42,317 nt of DNA from Microcystaceae cyanobacterium (GTDB taxonomy: Bacteria > Cyanobacteriota > Cyanobacteriia > Cyanobacteriales > Microcystaceae): positions 1-42,317 of the forward strand of contig JBGTGT010000094.1 of NCBI GenBank assembly GCA_041746575.1. Reading direction: 5' to 3'. The notes below the pieces were generated by a model. That model had not been told where the DNA came from and did no database searches. It worked only from the letters and a program-made list of their open reading frames with translations. The position numbers and the translations under genes were made by a program. Shown in pieces: positions 20,686 to 33,132 of the stretch. The number at the start of each line of letters is the position of its first letter. Position 1 is the stretch's first letter.

Positions 20686-23340
20686 TCACTCCCCAAAAAT
20701 ATCTAATTGTTCAACCCATTGCATCTGAGTTTGTTTATCTTGAACAGGATTGACCTTTTGTATCCCTTTACGTAATCCTAGCGCAATTTTACTATGTTTT
20801 TCGATTTGTCCCATTACCTGTTTGGCGCGTTGAATCACGGAAGGCGGAAGTCCTGCCAATCTCCCCGCCTCGATACCATAAGACTTATCCGCGCCACCGG
20901 CTTGAACTTGATGCAAAAAGACGATTTTATCGGGAAGTTCCTGCACCGTCACCTGATAATTGGCAATATTGCTTAAAATTGAGGCTAACTCATTTAATTC
21001 ATGGTAATGGGTCGCAAAGATTGTTCTGGCTTGAATTTCGGCAGCTAAATGTTCTGCTACTGCCCAAGCAATTGATAAACCGTCAAATGTCGCTGTTCCT
21101 CGCCCAATTTCATCTAATAAAACCAAAGATTGCGGAGTCGCGTGATTGAGAATATTAGCCGTTTCGTTCATTTCCACCATAAAAGTGGATTGTCCAGTGG
21201 TCAAGTCATCCACTGCCCCAACACGAGTAAAAATACGGTCACAAATAGGCAATTTCGCTGATTTTGCGGGAACAAAACTACCTGTCTGTGCCATCAATTG
21301 AATTAATCCCACTTGCCTTAAATAACAGCTTTTGCCACTGGCATTGGGACCCGTTAAGATGATTAAATCAGGATGGGTTGATTGTTCATTGAGGCTGCCT
21401 AAACAAGTGGAATTTGGCACAAATAAACCTTTTCCTAACGATTGCTCCACTACAGGATGACGACCTTCAAAAATCTCAATTTTACGACCGTTGATCATTT
21501 CGGGACGACAATATCCCTGAAAAACAGCCACCTCTGCCAATCCTGCCAAGGCATCTAGGGCGGCCACTGCTTTAGCAATCTGACGAATTTTGGGCGATTG
21601 TTCGGCAACTTCTGAGCGTAACGCCGCAAATATTTCGTATTCTAAACGATTTAGGTCATCTTCTGCCGTTAGAATACGGATTTCTCGTTCTTTCAATTCA
21701 GGGGTAATGTAGCGTTCTTCGTTAGTTAAGGTTTGCTTACGAACGTAATTATCGGGGGCGAAATCCGCCTTAGAGCGAGGTAAACTGATGTAGTAACCAA
21801 AGGTTTTATTGTATCCCACCTTTAAATGAGTAATTCCTAGCTTTTCTCTTTCTGAGACTTCTAAATTTGCCAACCATTCCCGATCTTCCTGTAAGTTTTG
21901 CCGCATAGCATCCAATTGTGGGTTAATGCCATCTCGAATCACTCCCCCATCCTTAAGATGTAAAGGCGGCGTTTCCACTAAATGATCGATCACGTGGTGT
22001 CCTAATTGTTCTAATTCAGGAGGAACCACTTGTAATTTGCGTAAATAGGGGGAATTGCCCTGATTGACTAATTCTGCTAAGTCGTTTAATCGTACTAGCG
22101 ACTCTGCTAACCCCAATAAATCCCGCGCGTTAGCTGTACCTGCCCCAACTCTACCGCTAATTCGTTCAATATCATAGATACTGCGGAGTAATTGACGAAT
22201 ATCTTGTCGTAAAGTCGGATTTTCTTTGAGTTCTACAATTGTTTCCTGTCTGGCTTCAATTCCTTTAATACTCAACAGGGGTTCGAGTAACCACCGTCTT
22301 AAGGCGCGTCCTCCCATTGCCGTTACGGTTCTATCTAACGCCCATAATAGCGAACCTTGGAAGATCCCATCTCTAACGGTTTGAATAATCTCTAGATTGC
22401 GGCGGCTTTGGTGATCTAGGATCAGAAAATCTGTTAAATTGTAGGTGCGCAGAGGTTCAATGGGGACTTTATTTGCTTTTTGGGTATCTTCAATATATTC
22501 TAAGAGTCCGCCCGCCGCACGGATAGCCAATGGTAACTGTTCGCATCCTAATCCTTCAAGAGATTTGACTCCAAAGCTTAAGAGTAACCGAGGCTTGGCT
22601 TCGTTGAGAGAAAAGGGAATCTGCGATCGCAGAGAATAACATAAGCTTTCAGGCAATTCAACGGGTATCGCTTCTGATTTTTGATTAGGACGCAGAAAAC
22701 TTTTTAAGTCGGGTGCATTTGTTGGAATTAAAACTTCAGAAGGTTGAATTCGTAGTAATTCACTGGTGAGAACCCCCAAATCCTGTGCTTGAGTCGTCCA
22801 AAATTCCCCCGTTGAGATGTCTGCATAAGCCAATCCCCAATGTTCTCCTGCTAAGACGACTGAGGCTAGATAATTATTGCGACGTGCTGGTAACATTCCC
22901 TCATCAGTGATGGTACCGGGGGTGAGTAATTTGGTGATTTGACGTTCTACCATACGTCCAGCGGCGGCCGCTTCAGCAGAATCTTCTACTTGGTCACAAA
23001 TTGCTACTGTATAGCCTTTTTCTACTAATTGTTTCGCATAGCGTTCAAGAGCATGATGAGGAACGCCGGTCATCGCCACTCGTCCAATTTCTTTACCTCC
23101 TTCTTTACTGGTTTGTACTAACTCTAATTCCCGCGAAATAATAACCGCATCTTGAAAAAAACATTCAAAAAAGTCTCCCACTCGATATAACAATAAAGCA
23201 TGGGGATTTTGTTCTTTAACCGCTACGTAATGCTGAAACATGGGGGTTAATTTATCACGGTCAAGATGATGGTAATCGGGATGAGGGTCGTTACGAGTTG
23301 CTTTATTTGTAGAGGGAGAGGTAAGGTCTTCAGGGGTCAT
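20686..23340 (-). CDS. mutS: DNA mismatch repair protein MutS
   Basis: [49 protein letters not shown]-terminal clamp-binding-like QLDIF. Confidence 0.98.
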   Translation of the reverse strand: MTPEDLTSPSTNKATRNDPHPDYHHLDRDKLTPMFQHYVAVKEQNPHALLLYRVGDFFECFFQDAVIISRELELVQTSKEGGKEIGRVAMTGVPHHALERYAKQLVEKGYTVAICDQVEDSAEAAAAGRMVERQITKLLTPGTITDEGMLPARRNNYLASVVLAGEHWGLAYADISTGEFWTTQAQDLGVLTSELLRIQPSEVLIPTNAPDLKSFLRPNQKSEAIPVELPESLCYSLRSQIPFSLNEAKPRLLLSFGVKSLEGLGCEQLPLAIRAAGGLLEYIEDTQKANKVPIEPLRTYNLTDFLILDHQSRRNLEIIQTVRDGIFQGSLLWALDRTVTAMGGRALRRWLLEPLLSIKGIEARQETIVELKENPTLRQDIRQLLRSIYDIERISGRVGAGTANARDLLGLAESLVRLNDLAELVNQGNSPYLRKLQVVPPELEQLGHHVIDHLVETPPLHLKDGGVIRDGINPQLDAMRQNLQEDREWLANLEVSEREKLGITHLKVGYNKTFGYYISLPRSKADFAPDNYVRKQTLTNEERYITPELKEREIRILTAEDDLNRLEYEIFAALRSEVAEQSPKIRQIAKAVAALDALAGLAEVAVFQGYCRPEMINGRKIEIFEGRHPVVEQSLGKGLFVPNSTCLGSLNEQSTHPDLIILTGPNASGKSCYLRQVGLIQLMAQTGSFVPAKSAKLPICDRIFTRVGAVDDLTTGQSTFMVEMNETANILNHATPQSLVLLDEIGRGTATFDGLSIAWAVAEHLAAEIQARTIFATHYHELNELASILSNIANYQVTVQELPDKIVFLHQVQAGGADKSYGIEAGRLAGLPPSVIQRAKQVMGQIEKHSKIALGLRKGIQKVNPVQDKQTQMQWVEQLDIFGE

Positions 23341-23573
23341 GATGGGTCAATGAATAAGCAGCATCTTTCTTTCTAATTGTATAAGCGCACAGCATTCTCA
23401 ATCATATTTTTAAAGCAAACCCCTCAACGCCAAACTTTTACCGAATCTTTACCTTCATCTCCCCTCATCTGAGTTAGGCTTACAGAAAAGAGGTCTTGCC
23501 TTTTGCAGAAAACCAGCCCGATTCCTATTTTTAACCGTTATCTTGACAACTGGCTTCAAGGACTTGTCTCATC

Positions 23574-23608
23574 CCCTTTAACCTTGACCCTTTCTCCTTT
23601 ACCCTATT
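23574..23608 (+). repeat. Degenerate heptamer tandem repeat (STRR-like)
   Basis: CCCTTTA ACCTTGA CCCTTTC TCCTTTA CCCTATT, period 7. Confidence 0.6.
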
Positions 23609-23644
23609 AAACATAGCCTATAGTTAAGATAAGGAATAAGCATT

Positions 23645-25306
23645 ATGGCAACTGCCGCTAGTAATATCAGTCCCCTTGCCGGACAAACCCCTTCCAATGA
23701 TGCCCTCATCGATGTTGCCCAATTGAAACAAAAATACTATACCTTACATCCCGATCCTGAAAACCCCTTAGAACAAGTCAGTTTCGGCACATCCGGCCAT
23801 CGGGGATCATCTGCCAAAAATACCTTCAATGAAGAGCATATCCTAGCTGTTTCTCAAGCTGTTGTTGAATATCGTCAAAACGCAGGAATTAATGGCCCCC
23901 TCTATATGGGAATGGATAGTCATGCCTTATCTTCTCCCGCGCAACGAACGGCCTTAGAAGTGTTGTCCGCAGGAGGTGTAGAAGTTTTTCTAGCTAAAGA
24001 AGAAGGAAATAGTCAATATACCCCGACCCCAGCTGTTTCCCATGCTATTTTGACCTATAATCAAGGAAAAACAAGCGGATTGTCCGATGGCATTATTATC
24101 ACCCCCTCCCATAACCCACCCACCGATGGTGGGTTTAAATATAATCCCCCTTCGGGAGGGCCGGCGGATGTCGATATTACCCAATGGATACAAAACCGCG
24201 CCAATGAATTATTAAAGGTGAAACTGCAAGGTATTAAGCGCATTCCTTATGAAAAAGCGTTAAAAGCAGACAATGTTCACTATTTTGACTTTATTACCCC
24301 TTATGTCAATGACCTAGAAAATATTATTGATGTTGACATTATTCGCTCCTCTGGGATTCGGATGGGGGCTGACCCCTTGGGAAGTTCCAATGTGGGTTAT
24401 TGGCAACCGATTATCGAGAAATACGGCTTAAATATCGAAATTGTTAACCCCAATATTGACCCTACCTTCCGTTTTATGACCTTAGACTGGGATGGCAAGA
24501 TTCGCATGGATTGTTCTTCCCCCTATGCCATGGCTAACCTCGTCAAACTCAAAGATCAATATGATATTGCCTTCGGTAATGATACCGATTCCGACCGACA
24601 TGGTATTGTCACCCCCAGTTCAGGATTAATGAACCCGAATCACTTCCTCGCCGTTGCAATCTGGTATTTGTACCAAAATCGCACAAATTGGCCGAGTAAC
24701 GCCACGATTGGCAAAACATTGGTCAGTAGCAGTATTATTGATCGCGTGGCTAAGGAGATGGGTCGTACCCTATGCGAAGTACCAGTGGGCTTCAAATGGT
24801 TTGTATCAGGCTTATTAGACGGTTCAATGGGCTTTGGTGGGGAAGAAAGTGCCGGAGCTTCGTTTTTGCGAAAAAATGGCAAAGTTTGGACAACCGATAA
24901 AGACGGCATGATCATGGATTTACTAGCCGCTGAAATAACAGCAAAAACCGGCAAAGATCCCGGTCAGCATTACCAAGACTTAACCGCTCGATTAGGGCAA
25001 TCTTTCTACAATCGCATTGATGCCCCCGCCACCCCCGCCCAGAAAGCCAAGCTCAAAAAACTTTCTCCTGAAGACGTTCAAGCGAGCACCCTTGCTGGGG
25101 AAGCCATTACTGCAAAATTAACGAAAGCCCCCGGTAATCAAGAGGCAATTGGGGGCTTAAAAGTCGTCACCGAAAATGGTTGGTTTGCAGCGCGTCCGTC
25201 GGGGACAGAGAACGTTTATAAAATCTACGCTGAGAGCTTGAAAAGTCAAGAACATCTAGATTCTATTTTGCAAGAAGCCCAAAAAATTGTGTCAGATACC
25301 CTTTAA
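23645..25306 (+). CDS. pgm: Phosphoglucomutase (glucose-1,6-bisphosphate-dependent)
   Basis: FGTSGHRG, catalytic TPSHNP, metal loop DTDSDR, GEESAG, RPSGTE. Confidence 0.95.
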   Translation: MATAASNISPLAGQTPSNDALIDVAQLKQKYYTLHPDPENPLEQVSFGTSGHRGSSAKNTFNEEHILAVSQAVVEYRQNAGINGPLYMGMDSHALSSPAQRTALEVLSAGGVEVFLAKEEGNSQYTPTPAVSHAILTYNQGKTSGLSDGIIITPSHNPPTDGGFKYNPPSGGPADVDITQWIQNRANELLKVKLQGIKRIPYEKALKADNVHYFDFITPYVNDLENIIDVDIIRSSGIRMGADPLGSSNVGYWQPIIEKYGLNIEIVNPNIDPTFRFMTLDWDGKIRMDCSSPYAMANLVKLKDQYDIAFGNDTDSDRHGIVTPSSGLMNPNHFLAVAIWYLYQNRTNWPSNATIGKTLVSSSIIDRVAKEMGRTLCEVPVGFKWFVSGLLDGSMGFGGEESAGASFLRKNGKVWTTDKDGMIMDLLAAEITAKTGKDPGQHYQDLTARLGQSFYNRIDAPATPAQKAKLKKLSPEDVQASTLAGEAITAKLTKAPGNQEAIGGLKVVTENGWFAARPSGTENVYKIYAESLKSQEHLDSILQEAQKIVSDTL

Positions 25307-25436
25307 AAATAAGGAGGTGTGAGGGATAAGGCATGAGCTTTAATTGAGGGGTTAGAAACTTCAAAATTAAAACGGGAGACCTATCCCTAGACCTTTACAA
25401 CCTAGCCCCTCGCCTCTAAAAACCAAAACCTAAATT

Positions 25437-26435
25437 ATGAAAGTCGCTGTCTTCAGTAGTCGTTCCTATGATCGCCAATTCTTCGATTTTGCCAATCAAG
25501 CGGCAGGAAATCCCCACGAATTGGAATATTTTGAACCTAAGTTACAGACAAAAACAGCCCCCCTAGCAGCTGGATTTCCCTGTGTTTGTCTGTTTGTTAG
25601 CGATGAAGCCCACGCCGAAACATTGAAGATTTTGGCACAACAAGGCACACAATTAATTGCCTTACGATGTGCTGGCTACAACCTGATTGATCTTAAGGTA
25701 GCCCATGATTTGGGGCTAAAAGTCGTACGAGTTCCCGCCTATTCTCCCTATGCCGTGGCTGAACACGCGGTTGGCTTAATTTTGTCCTTAAATCGCAAGT
25801 TAAATAAAGCCTATAATCGGGTACGAGATGATAATTTTACCCTTGATGGTTTATTAGGATTTGACCTGCATGGTTGTACCGTCGGTATCATTGGAACGGG
25901 AAAAATAGGGACAATTTTTGCCCAAATTATGCACGGCTTTGGTTGTCATTTATTGGGGTATGATACCTATCCGAACGAGCATTTTTCTTCTTTTAAGGAT
26001 GCCCGTTATGTAGATTTACCTGAATTGTTGGCAAGCTCTGACATTATCTCCCTTCATTGTCCGTTGTTAGATTCAACCTATCATATTATTAATAAAGAGT
26101 CCATTGACCAAATGAAAACGGGGGTGATGTTAATTAACACCAGTCGAGGACAATTAGTAGATACCCGCTCAGTTATTGATGGGATTAAAGCGGGCAAAGT
26201 GGGTTACTTTGGTTTGGATGTTTATGAACAAGAAGATGAACTCTTTTTTGAAGATCATTCTGAAAACATTATCCAAGATGAAACCTTTCAATTACTGCAA
26301 TCTTTTCCCAACGTGATTATTACTGCCCATCAAGCCTTCTTTACCAAGGATGCCCTCACGGCCATTTCCCAAACCACCATTGCGAATATTAGCGATTTTG
26401 AACAGGGCAAGGAATTAAAAAATGAAGTTAAATGA
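25437..26435 (+). CDS. ldhA: D-lactate dehydrogenase (D-2-hydroxyacid dehydrogenase family)
   Basis: RVPAYSPYAVAEH, GTGKIG, INTSRG, DVYEQE, TAHQAF. Confidence 0.88.
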   Translation: MKVAVFSSRSYDRQFFDFANQAAGNPHELEYFEPKLQTKTAPLAAGFPCVCLFVSDEAHAETLKILAQQGTQLIALRCAGYNLIDLKVAHDLGLKVVRVPAYSPYAVAEHAVGLILSLNRKLNKAYNRVRDDNFTLDGLLGFDLHGCTVGIIGTGKIGTIFAQIMHGFGCHLLGYDTYPNEHFSSFKDARYVDLPELLASSDIISLHCPLLDSTYHIINKESIDQMKTGVMLINTSRGQLVDTRSVIDGIKAGKVGYFGLDVYEQEDELFFEDHSENIIQDETFQLLQSFPNVIITAHQAFFTKDALTAISQTTIANISDFEQGKELKNEVK

Positions 26436-26440
26436 GTAGC

Positions 26441-27849
<1,409 letters not shown>

Positions 27850-27955
27850 CGACGCATAGAGGCAAATTCCTGTTCGGTGGGTAACGCTTGAACAGGTTTC
27901 ACGATTACCCACCTCTTATTTCAGTTCAAAATTGAAAATTTACCCCAAAATCTTT

Positions 27956-29530
27956 ATGAATCTCTGGCAACGTTACCAAGACTGGCTCTATTATCACGAA
28001 GGACTGGATCTCTACCTCGATATCAGTCGGATGCGTTTTGAAGAGAACGTATGGGAAACCCTCAAGCCAAAATTTGCTCAAGCTTTTCAAGAGATGGATG
28101 CCTTAGAAGGCGGAGCGATCGCTAATCCCGATGAAAATCGCATGGTAGGACATTATTGGCTGAGAAACCCTGATTTAGCTCCTCCAGATCCCAAAAAAGA
28201 GATTATCGAAACCCTAGAAGCCATCGAAGATTTTGTGCAGAAAGTCCACCAAGGAACGATAAAACCACCAGAAGCAGACAAATTTACCGATATTCTTTCT
28301 ATTGGTATTGGAGGATCGGCCTTAGGACCTGAATTCGTTGCAGAAGCCCTCTCTCCCGATTTTCCACCTTTAAACATCTACTTTATCGATAATACCGATC
28401 CGGCCGGCATTGATCGAGTGTTAAATCGTCTTAAAGATCGCCTAAAAAGTACCCTCGTTATTGTCACGACGAAATCTGGGGGAACACCAGAAACCCGTAA
28501 CGGGATGCTGGAGGTTAAACAGGCGTATGAAGCGTTAGGCTTAAACTTTCCTGCTCATGCCGTTGCTATCACCATGATTGGTAGTAAAATGGATGAATTG
28601 GAGCGAATGGAGGGCTGGTTGGCGGAATTTCCCATGTTTGACTGGGTGGGAGGGCGTACCTCGGAAATGTCTGCTGTCGGTTTACTCTCTGCCTCTTTAT
28701 TAGGGGTTAATATTCGGGAATTGCTAGCAGGTGCGAAAGAAATGGACGAAGCCACCCGAATTAAAGAAATTAAGAAAAATCCCTCTGCTTTACTTGCTTT
28801 GGCTTGGTATGTCAGTGGTAAGGGCAAGGGGGAAAAAGACATGGTGATTTTGCCTTATAAGGATAGTTTATTGCTGTTTTCTCGCTATTTACAGCAATTA
28901 GTCATGGAATCCTTGGGTAAAGAAAAGGATTTAGACGGTAATATTGTCCATTAAGGAATTGCGGTTTATGGCAATAAGGGATCAACTGACCAACACGCCT
29001 ATGTACAGCAACTCAGAGAAGGGATTCCTAATTTTTTTGCCACTTTTATCGAAGTTTTACAAGATCGTCAAGGAAAATCCCTTGAAGTCGAACCGGATGC
29101 TACCTCAGGGGACTTCTTATCAGGTTTCTTACTAGGAACGCGTCAAGCCTTATCTGAAAATCAGCGCGATTCGATTACTATTACCGTGCCAGTGGTCAAT
29201 GAGCGTATAGTAGGGTCGTTAATTGCTCTTTATGAGCGGGCAGTGGGGTTTTATGCTTCTTTGGTTAATATTAATGCTTATCATCAACCCGGTGTGGAGG
29301 CAGGAAAAAAGGCGGCGGCTTCTATTTTGAGCTTGCAACGGGATATTCTAAATGCCCTGAAATCTACGAAAAATCCTTTAACTATTGCGGAATTAGCTGA
29401 AAAAGCAGGTTCATCTGAAGAAATCGAAACGGTTTATCAGATCGTGCGTCATCTCTCTGCCAATAATCGAGGGGTTACTTTATCAGGCGATCGCCATCAA
29501 CCCGCTAATTTAACCGTCTCAGCCAGTTAA
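27956..29530 (+). pseudogene. pgi: Glucose-6-phosphate isomerase interrupted by one in-frame TAA (28952-28954)
   Basis: [34 protein letters not shown], then [25 protein letters not shown] continues in the same frame to HQPGVEAGK and the stop at 29530. The 27932 and 29186 ORFs are one gene. Confidence 0.93.
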
Positions 29531-29646
29531 GTTTAAAATGAGAGATGAGGACGGCATAGGATAATTGAAAAAGAGGGCAATAAAGCAAACATTGCTCATT
29601 TGATATCCCTTAAAACTCAGCAAAAGTACATTGCTCTTAGGTGTCT

Positions 29647-30468
29647 ATGGCTAAAAAGCTAGTTATTCAAGCAGGACGCACAGAAAGGGAGTATTGGCAA
29701 GATTTATGGCGATACCGCGAGTTATTCTATTTTTTGGCTTGGCGGGATATTCTGGTTCGTTATAAACAAACGGCTATTGGCATTGCTTGGGCGTTATTGC
29801 GTCCCTTTTTGACCATGATCGTTTTTACAATTGTTTTCGGCAAATTAGCACAATTACCTTCAGATGGTGTGCCTTACCCTATTCTTGTTTTTGCCGCTAT
29901 GTTACCTTGGCAATTTTTTGCCAATGCCTTGGCAGAATGTAGCAATAGTGTGATTAACAATTCTCAGTTAATTAGTAAAGTTTATTTTCCCCGTTTAATT
30001 GTGCCAACCAGTTCGGTAATTGTCAGTTTTGTTGATTTTTTGATTTCCGGCATCATTTTATTGGGTTTAATGGCATGGTATAACTTTATTCCTAGTTGGC
30101 GCATTGTGACGCTTCCGATTTTTGTCTTAATCGCCTTTGCCGCCGCAATGGGAGGCGGATTATGGTTTAGTGCGTTGAATGTCCAATATCGAGATTTTCG
30201 CTATCTTGTGCCGTTTGTGGTTCAATTTGGCTTATATATTTCTCCGGTTGGCTTTAGCAGTAATATTGTCCCTGCTCAGTGGCGTTTATGGTATTCACTT
30301 AATCCGATGGTGGGGGTGATTGATGGGTTTCGCTGGGCTATTTTAGGAGGAAACAGCCAAATTCATTGGCAAGGTTTCGCCTTATCGACGGGGTTAGTAC
30401 TGTTATTATTGATAAGTGGAATTGCTTATTTTCGTCAGATAGAACGGAAGTTTGCTGATATTATTTAG
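29647..30468 (+). CDS. wzm: Polysaccharide ABC transporter permease (Wzm)
   Basis: RDILVRYKQTAIG.AW, LISKVYFPR, YRDF, LNPMVGVIDGFR, FADII. Confidence 0.92.
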   Translation: MAKKLVIQAGRTEREYWQDLWRYRELFYFLAWRDILVRYKQTAIGIAWALLRPFLTMIVFTIVFGKLAQLPSDGVPYPILVFAAMLPWQFFANALAECSNSVINNSQLISKVYFPRLIVPTSSVIVSFVDFLISGIILLGLMAWYNFIPSWRIVTLPIFVLIAFAAAMGGGLWFSALNVQYRDFRYLVPFVVQFGLYISPVGFSSNIVPAQWRLWYSLNPMVGVIDGFRWAILGGNSQIHWQGFALSTGLVLLLLISGIAYFRQIERKFADII

Positions 30469-30601
30469 CGGAAAAAAGGAATTGAATAAATCATTTTTTG
30501 ACCCCTAAATTGGCTTAAATTATTAACGACCGCTAAAGGGTATCTGTATCGCCAAACCAAAAACCTTGGTGTATAATGACTATTATCGCTACTTTTTAAA
30601 A

Positions 30602-30954
30602 ATGAATTATTTTCCCACCCCCAACTTGATCGAATTATCAGCGATCGCCGTTTACAATTAGAACAGGAACGTCAAAAGTTGTTAACGAAAACCCTAGAAT
30701 GGTTGGATCAATTTGCTTCAGATTATGGTATTAAAAAAGCCTATATTTTTGGTTCAGTGATTCGTTCGGGAAAATTTTACTTAAATTCTGATATTGATAT
30801 TGCGGTTAAACAGATTAATAATCAGGATTATTGTACTGTCATTAGCCTACTTTCGAGCTATTTAGAAAGAGAAGTTAATATTATTAAACTAGAGAATTGT
30901 CATTTTGCTCATCGGATTCGAGAAAATGGAATTTTATGGACAAAAAAACCTTGA
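30602..30954 (+). pseudogene. MNT nucleotidyltransferase antitoxin with an apparent 1-nt deletion near 30623
   Basis: FGS-x11-DID motif. ATG 30602 gives MNYFPTP and stops shortly after; restoring one A in ccc-aa-ctt joins it to LDRIISDRRLQLEQERQKLLTK. The track ORF starts at TTG 30679. Confidence 0.7.
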
Positions 30955-31406
30955 TTATACTTCAAACAGATTTAAACGCTCAGTTAGAACTCATTAAGCT
31001 TATTGATCAAAAATTACAAGATAGAGCAGAGGGATTAACGCCAGAAGATACAATTCGTTTAGAAAGTACAGCTTATCAAATTTATAACTTATACAACGCT
31101 GTTGAAGACTTACTCAAAATTGTAGCAACTTATTTTGAGAATAACATAACAGATACCGCACATTATCATACTGCTTTACTAAGGCGAATGACTCAAACAA
31201 TTCCTGATATTCGACCTGCGTTAATCTCTGCCGATGCCTTTATCATTTTAAACGCCTTACGAGGATTTAGGCATTTTTTTCGTCATGCTTATGGTACAGC
31301 TATTGAATATGATCAACTAAAAATTAACCTAGATAAAGCACTCAATTTATCTCCTCTACTGGATAGAGATGTAAATCATTTTCTACAACAACTTACTCCA
31401 ACTTAA
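30936..31406 (+). CDS. HEPN-domain (HepT-like) ribonuclease toxin
   Basis: RHFFRHAY matches Rx4HxY; NLYNAVED and HTALLRRM; overlaps the MNT stop. Confidence 0.85.
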   Translation: MDKKTLIILQTDLNAQLELIKLIDQKLQDRAEGLTPEDTIRLESTAYQIYNLYNAVEDLLKIVATYFENNITDTAHYHTALLRRMTQTIPDIRPALISADAFIILNALRGFRHFFRHAYGTAIEYDQLKINLDKALNLSPLLDRDVNHFLQQLTPT

Positions 31407-31530
31407 GCAAAGTGGGTTTCAAATTGAACTTAACCTTCTGTAACAGATGCGATCGCTTTTCCCTTCAACTTGGGCATACTGCGGATAGAAGCCTTTTCAG
31501 GCAGGATAATCTTAAGTAATTCTACAGAAG

Positions 31531-31743
31531 GGTTTATTACTCCCCGAAACCGAACAACTTACCCAACGGGCGATGTTACTTCCTACTGGTACAGCAATGC
31601 ATGGGGAAGGAATTTCGAAAATTTGCGATATTATTCGTTTTATTGTCCAAAATGCCCATAATATTGATCGAGCTTTAGTCAAGAATTCGTCAAGCGAAAT
31701 TGAGCAAGAAGTGGCGGTTGCCCCGACCTTTCCGAATAAATAA
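31531..31743 (+). pseudogene. C-terminal remnant of a DegT/DnrJ/EryC1/StrS sugar aminotransferase
   Basis: Frame absent from the track reads GLLLPETEQLTQRAMLLPTGTAMHGEGISKICDIIRFIVQN...NK*, resembling the LP.TE.L..R...LP C-terminus of this family. In-frame stop just upstream. Confidence 0.65.
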
Positions 31744-31778
31744 TCTACAATGAAGTTGCTAATCAACGTCGGAATTTT

Positions 31779-32273
31779 ATGCTTGCTCAATCCGTACAAC
31801 AATTGAAAAAGCTCTATGATGAAGACTTTGTTCTATGGTTAGATAAAACAACTGAGCAAATTCGTCAAGGAAATTTGAATCAACTAGACTGGGAACATCT
31901 TTTAGAGGAATTGGAATCGTTGGGAAATGAACAGCGACGCAAAGTAGAGAGTTATTTACTTCGCTTAATGATTCATCTGTTGTTATATCAATATTGGTTA
32001 ACGGAGAGAGATGGGTGTGGAAAAAGATGGGAAAAAGAAATTGATAATTTTAGAATTGAGTTAGATTCATTGTTTGAATCAAAGACCCTTTATAATTACG
32101 GTTTGGATAAGATAGATTTTATTTACCGAAAAGCTAGAGAGAAAGTTATCCAAAAATCCAAGTTATCCTCGGATGTTTTCCCGAAAATTTGTCCTTTTTC
32201 GATGAAACAGTTGTTAGATTTTGGTTTCTTACCCGATGCGTCAGACTCAGCGATGAACGATGAAAACCGATAG
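31779..32273 (+). CDS. DUF29 family protein
   Basis: LYDEDFVLW, LDWEHLLEELESLG, LMIHLL, FPKICPFS. Confidence 0.9.
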   Translation: MLAQSVQQLKKLYDEDFVLWLDKTTEQIRQGNLNQLDWEHLLEELESLGNEQRRKVESYLLRLMIHLLLYQYWLTERDGCGKRWEKEIDNFRIELDSLFESKTLYNYGLDKIDFIYRKAREKVIQKSKLSSDVFPKICPFSMKQLLDFGFLPDASDSAMNDENR

Positions 32274-33132
32274 CTTATTTTACCGACTGTTTCAGAATTA
32301 TCCCCAGTTACTCTTTGAATTAATCGGGTTTAATCTGAATTCTCCTCAAGATTACCATTTTCAGTCAGTAGAAATCAAGCAAACTGCCTTTCGCTTAGAT
32401 GGGGTGTTTGTTCCCCTAAACGATAACCGTGAATTACCTTTATTTTTTATTGAAGTCCAATTTCAAAGCGAAACAGCGTTTTATAGTCGTCTTTTTTCAG
32501 AAATCTTTTTATATCTGCGGCAATATCAACCGATAAATCCTTGGCAGGCGGTAATTATCTATTTCAGTCGTTCCATAGATATAGGAGACACCCCTCATTA
32601 TCTAGACCTTTTAGACAGTCCCAGAGTCACTCGAATTTATCTAGACGAAATTCCAGAAAATAACTAAAAAAGTTTGACCTTTCAGCTATTTTTCTTAATT
32701 ATCGCTCCAGAGAACCAAGCTATTCCTCAAGCTAGAGAATTAGTCCAGCAAACCAGAGAGAGGATGGAAGAGAAAAGCCAACAACTCCAGTTGTTTGACT
32801 TAATCGAGACTATCATAGTGTATAAGTTGCCTCGTATCAGTCGAGAGGAGATTCAACAGATGTTAGGTTTAACCGAGATAGATTTACGACAAACCCAGTT
32901 CTATCAAGATGTCTTTAGCGAAGGTCGTCTGGAGGGACGTGAGGAGGGAAGAAGGGAAGAAAGCATGAATTTGGTGCTAAGGCTTTTGCATCGTCGGTTT
33001 GGGGTACTAGAATTGTCCATAAATGAGAAGATTCAATCATTAACCCTTGAACAATTGGAACAGTTAGCTGAATCTCTCTTAGATTTTACCTGTCTGGAAG
33101 ATTTAGAAACTTGGTTATCTAACCCAACGTAA
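32260..33132 (+). pseudogene. Rpn-family nuclease/putative transposase (DUF2887 + DUF4351-like) split by an in-frame TAA at 32665-32667
   Basis: MKTDSLFY, EIKQTAFRLDGVF, FIEVQFQ, then ENN*KSLTFQL in the same frame as the 32674 ORF, ending EGRLEGREEG...LEQLEQLAESLLDF..LEDLETWL. Confidence 0.85.

Noticed and set aside
23542..23560. FNR-like box CTTGA-N9-TCAAG upstream of pgm
   Set aside because: Spacing does not match TTGAT-N4-ATCAA, and it is a single short palindrome.
28944..29135. 63-aa ORF between the two pgi pieces
   Set aside because: Off-frame shadow; the true pgi frame runs through this interval.
31470..31802. 63-aa (+) and 96-aa (-) ORFs
   Set aside because: A different + frame gives the aminotransferase-like remnant; these ORFs have no motifs.
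28952..32667. TAA recoded as Gln or ochre suppression explaining the pgi and Rpn stops
   Set aside because: TAA ends many intact genes here (argC, asd, rnj, pgm, eno) and CAA is used normally; point mutation or error is simpler.
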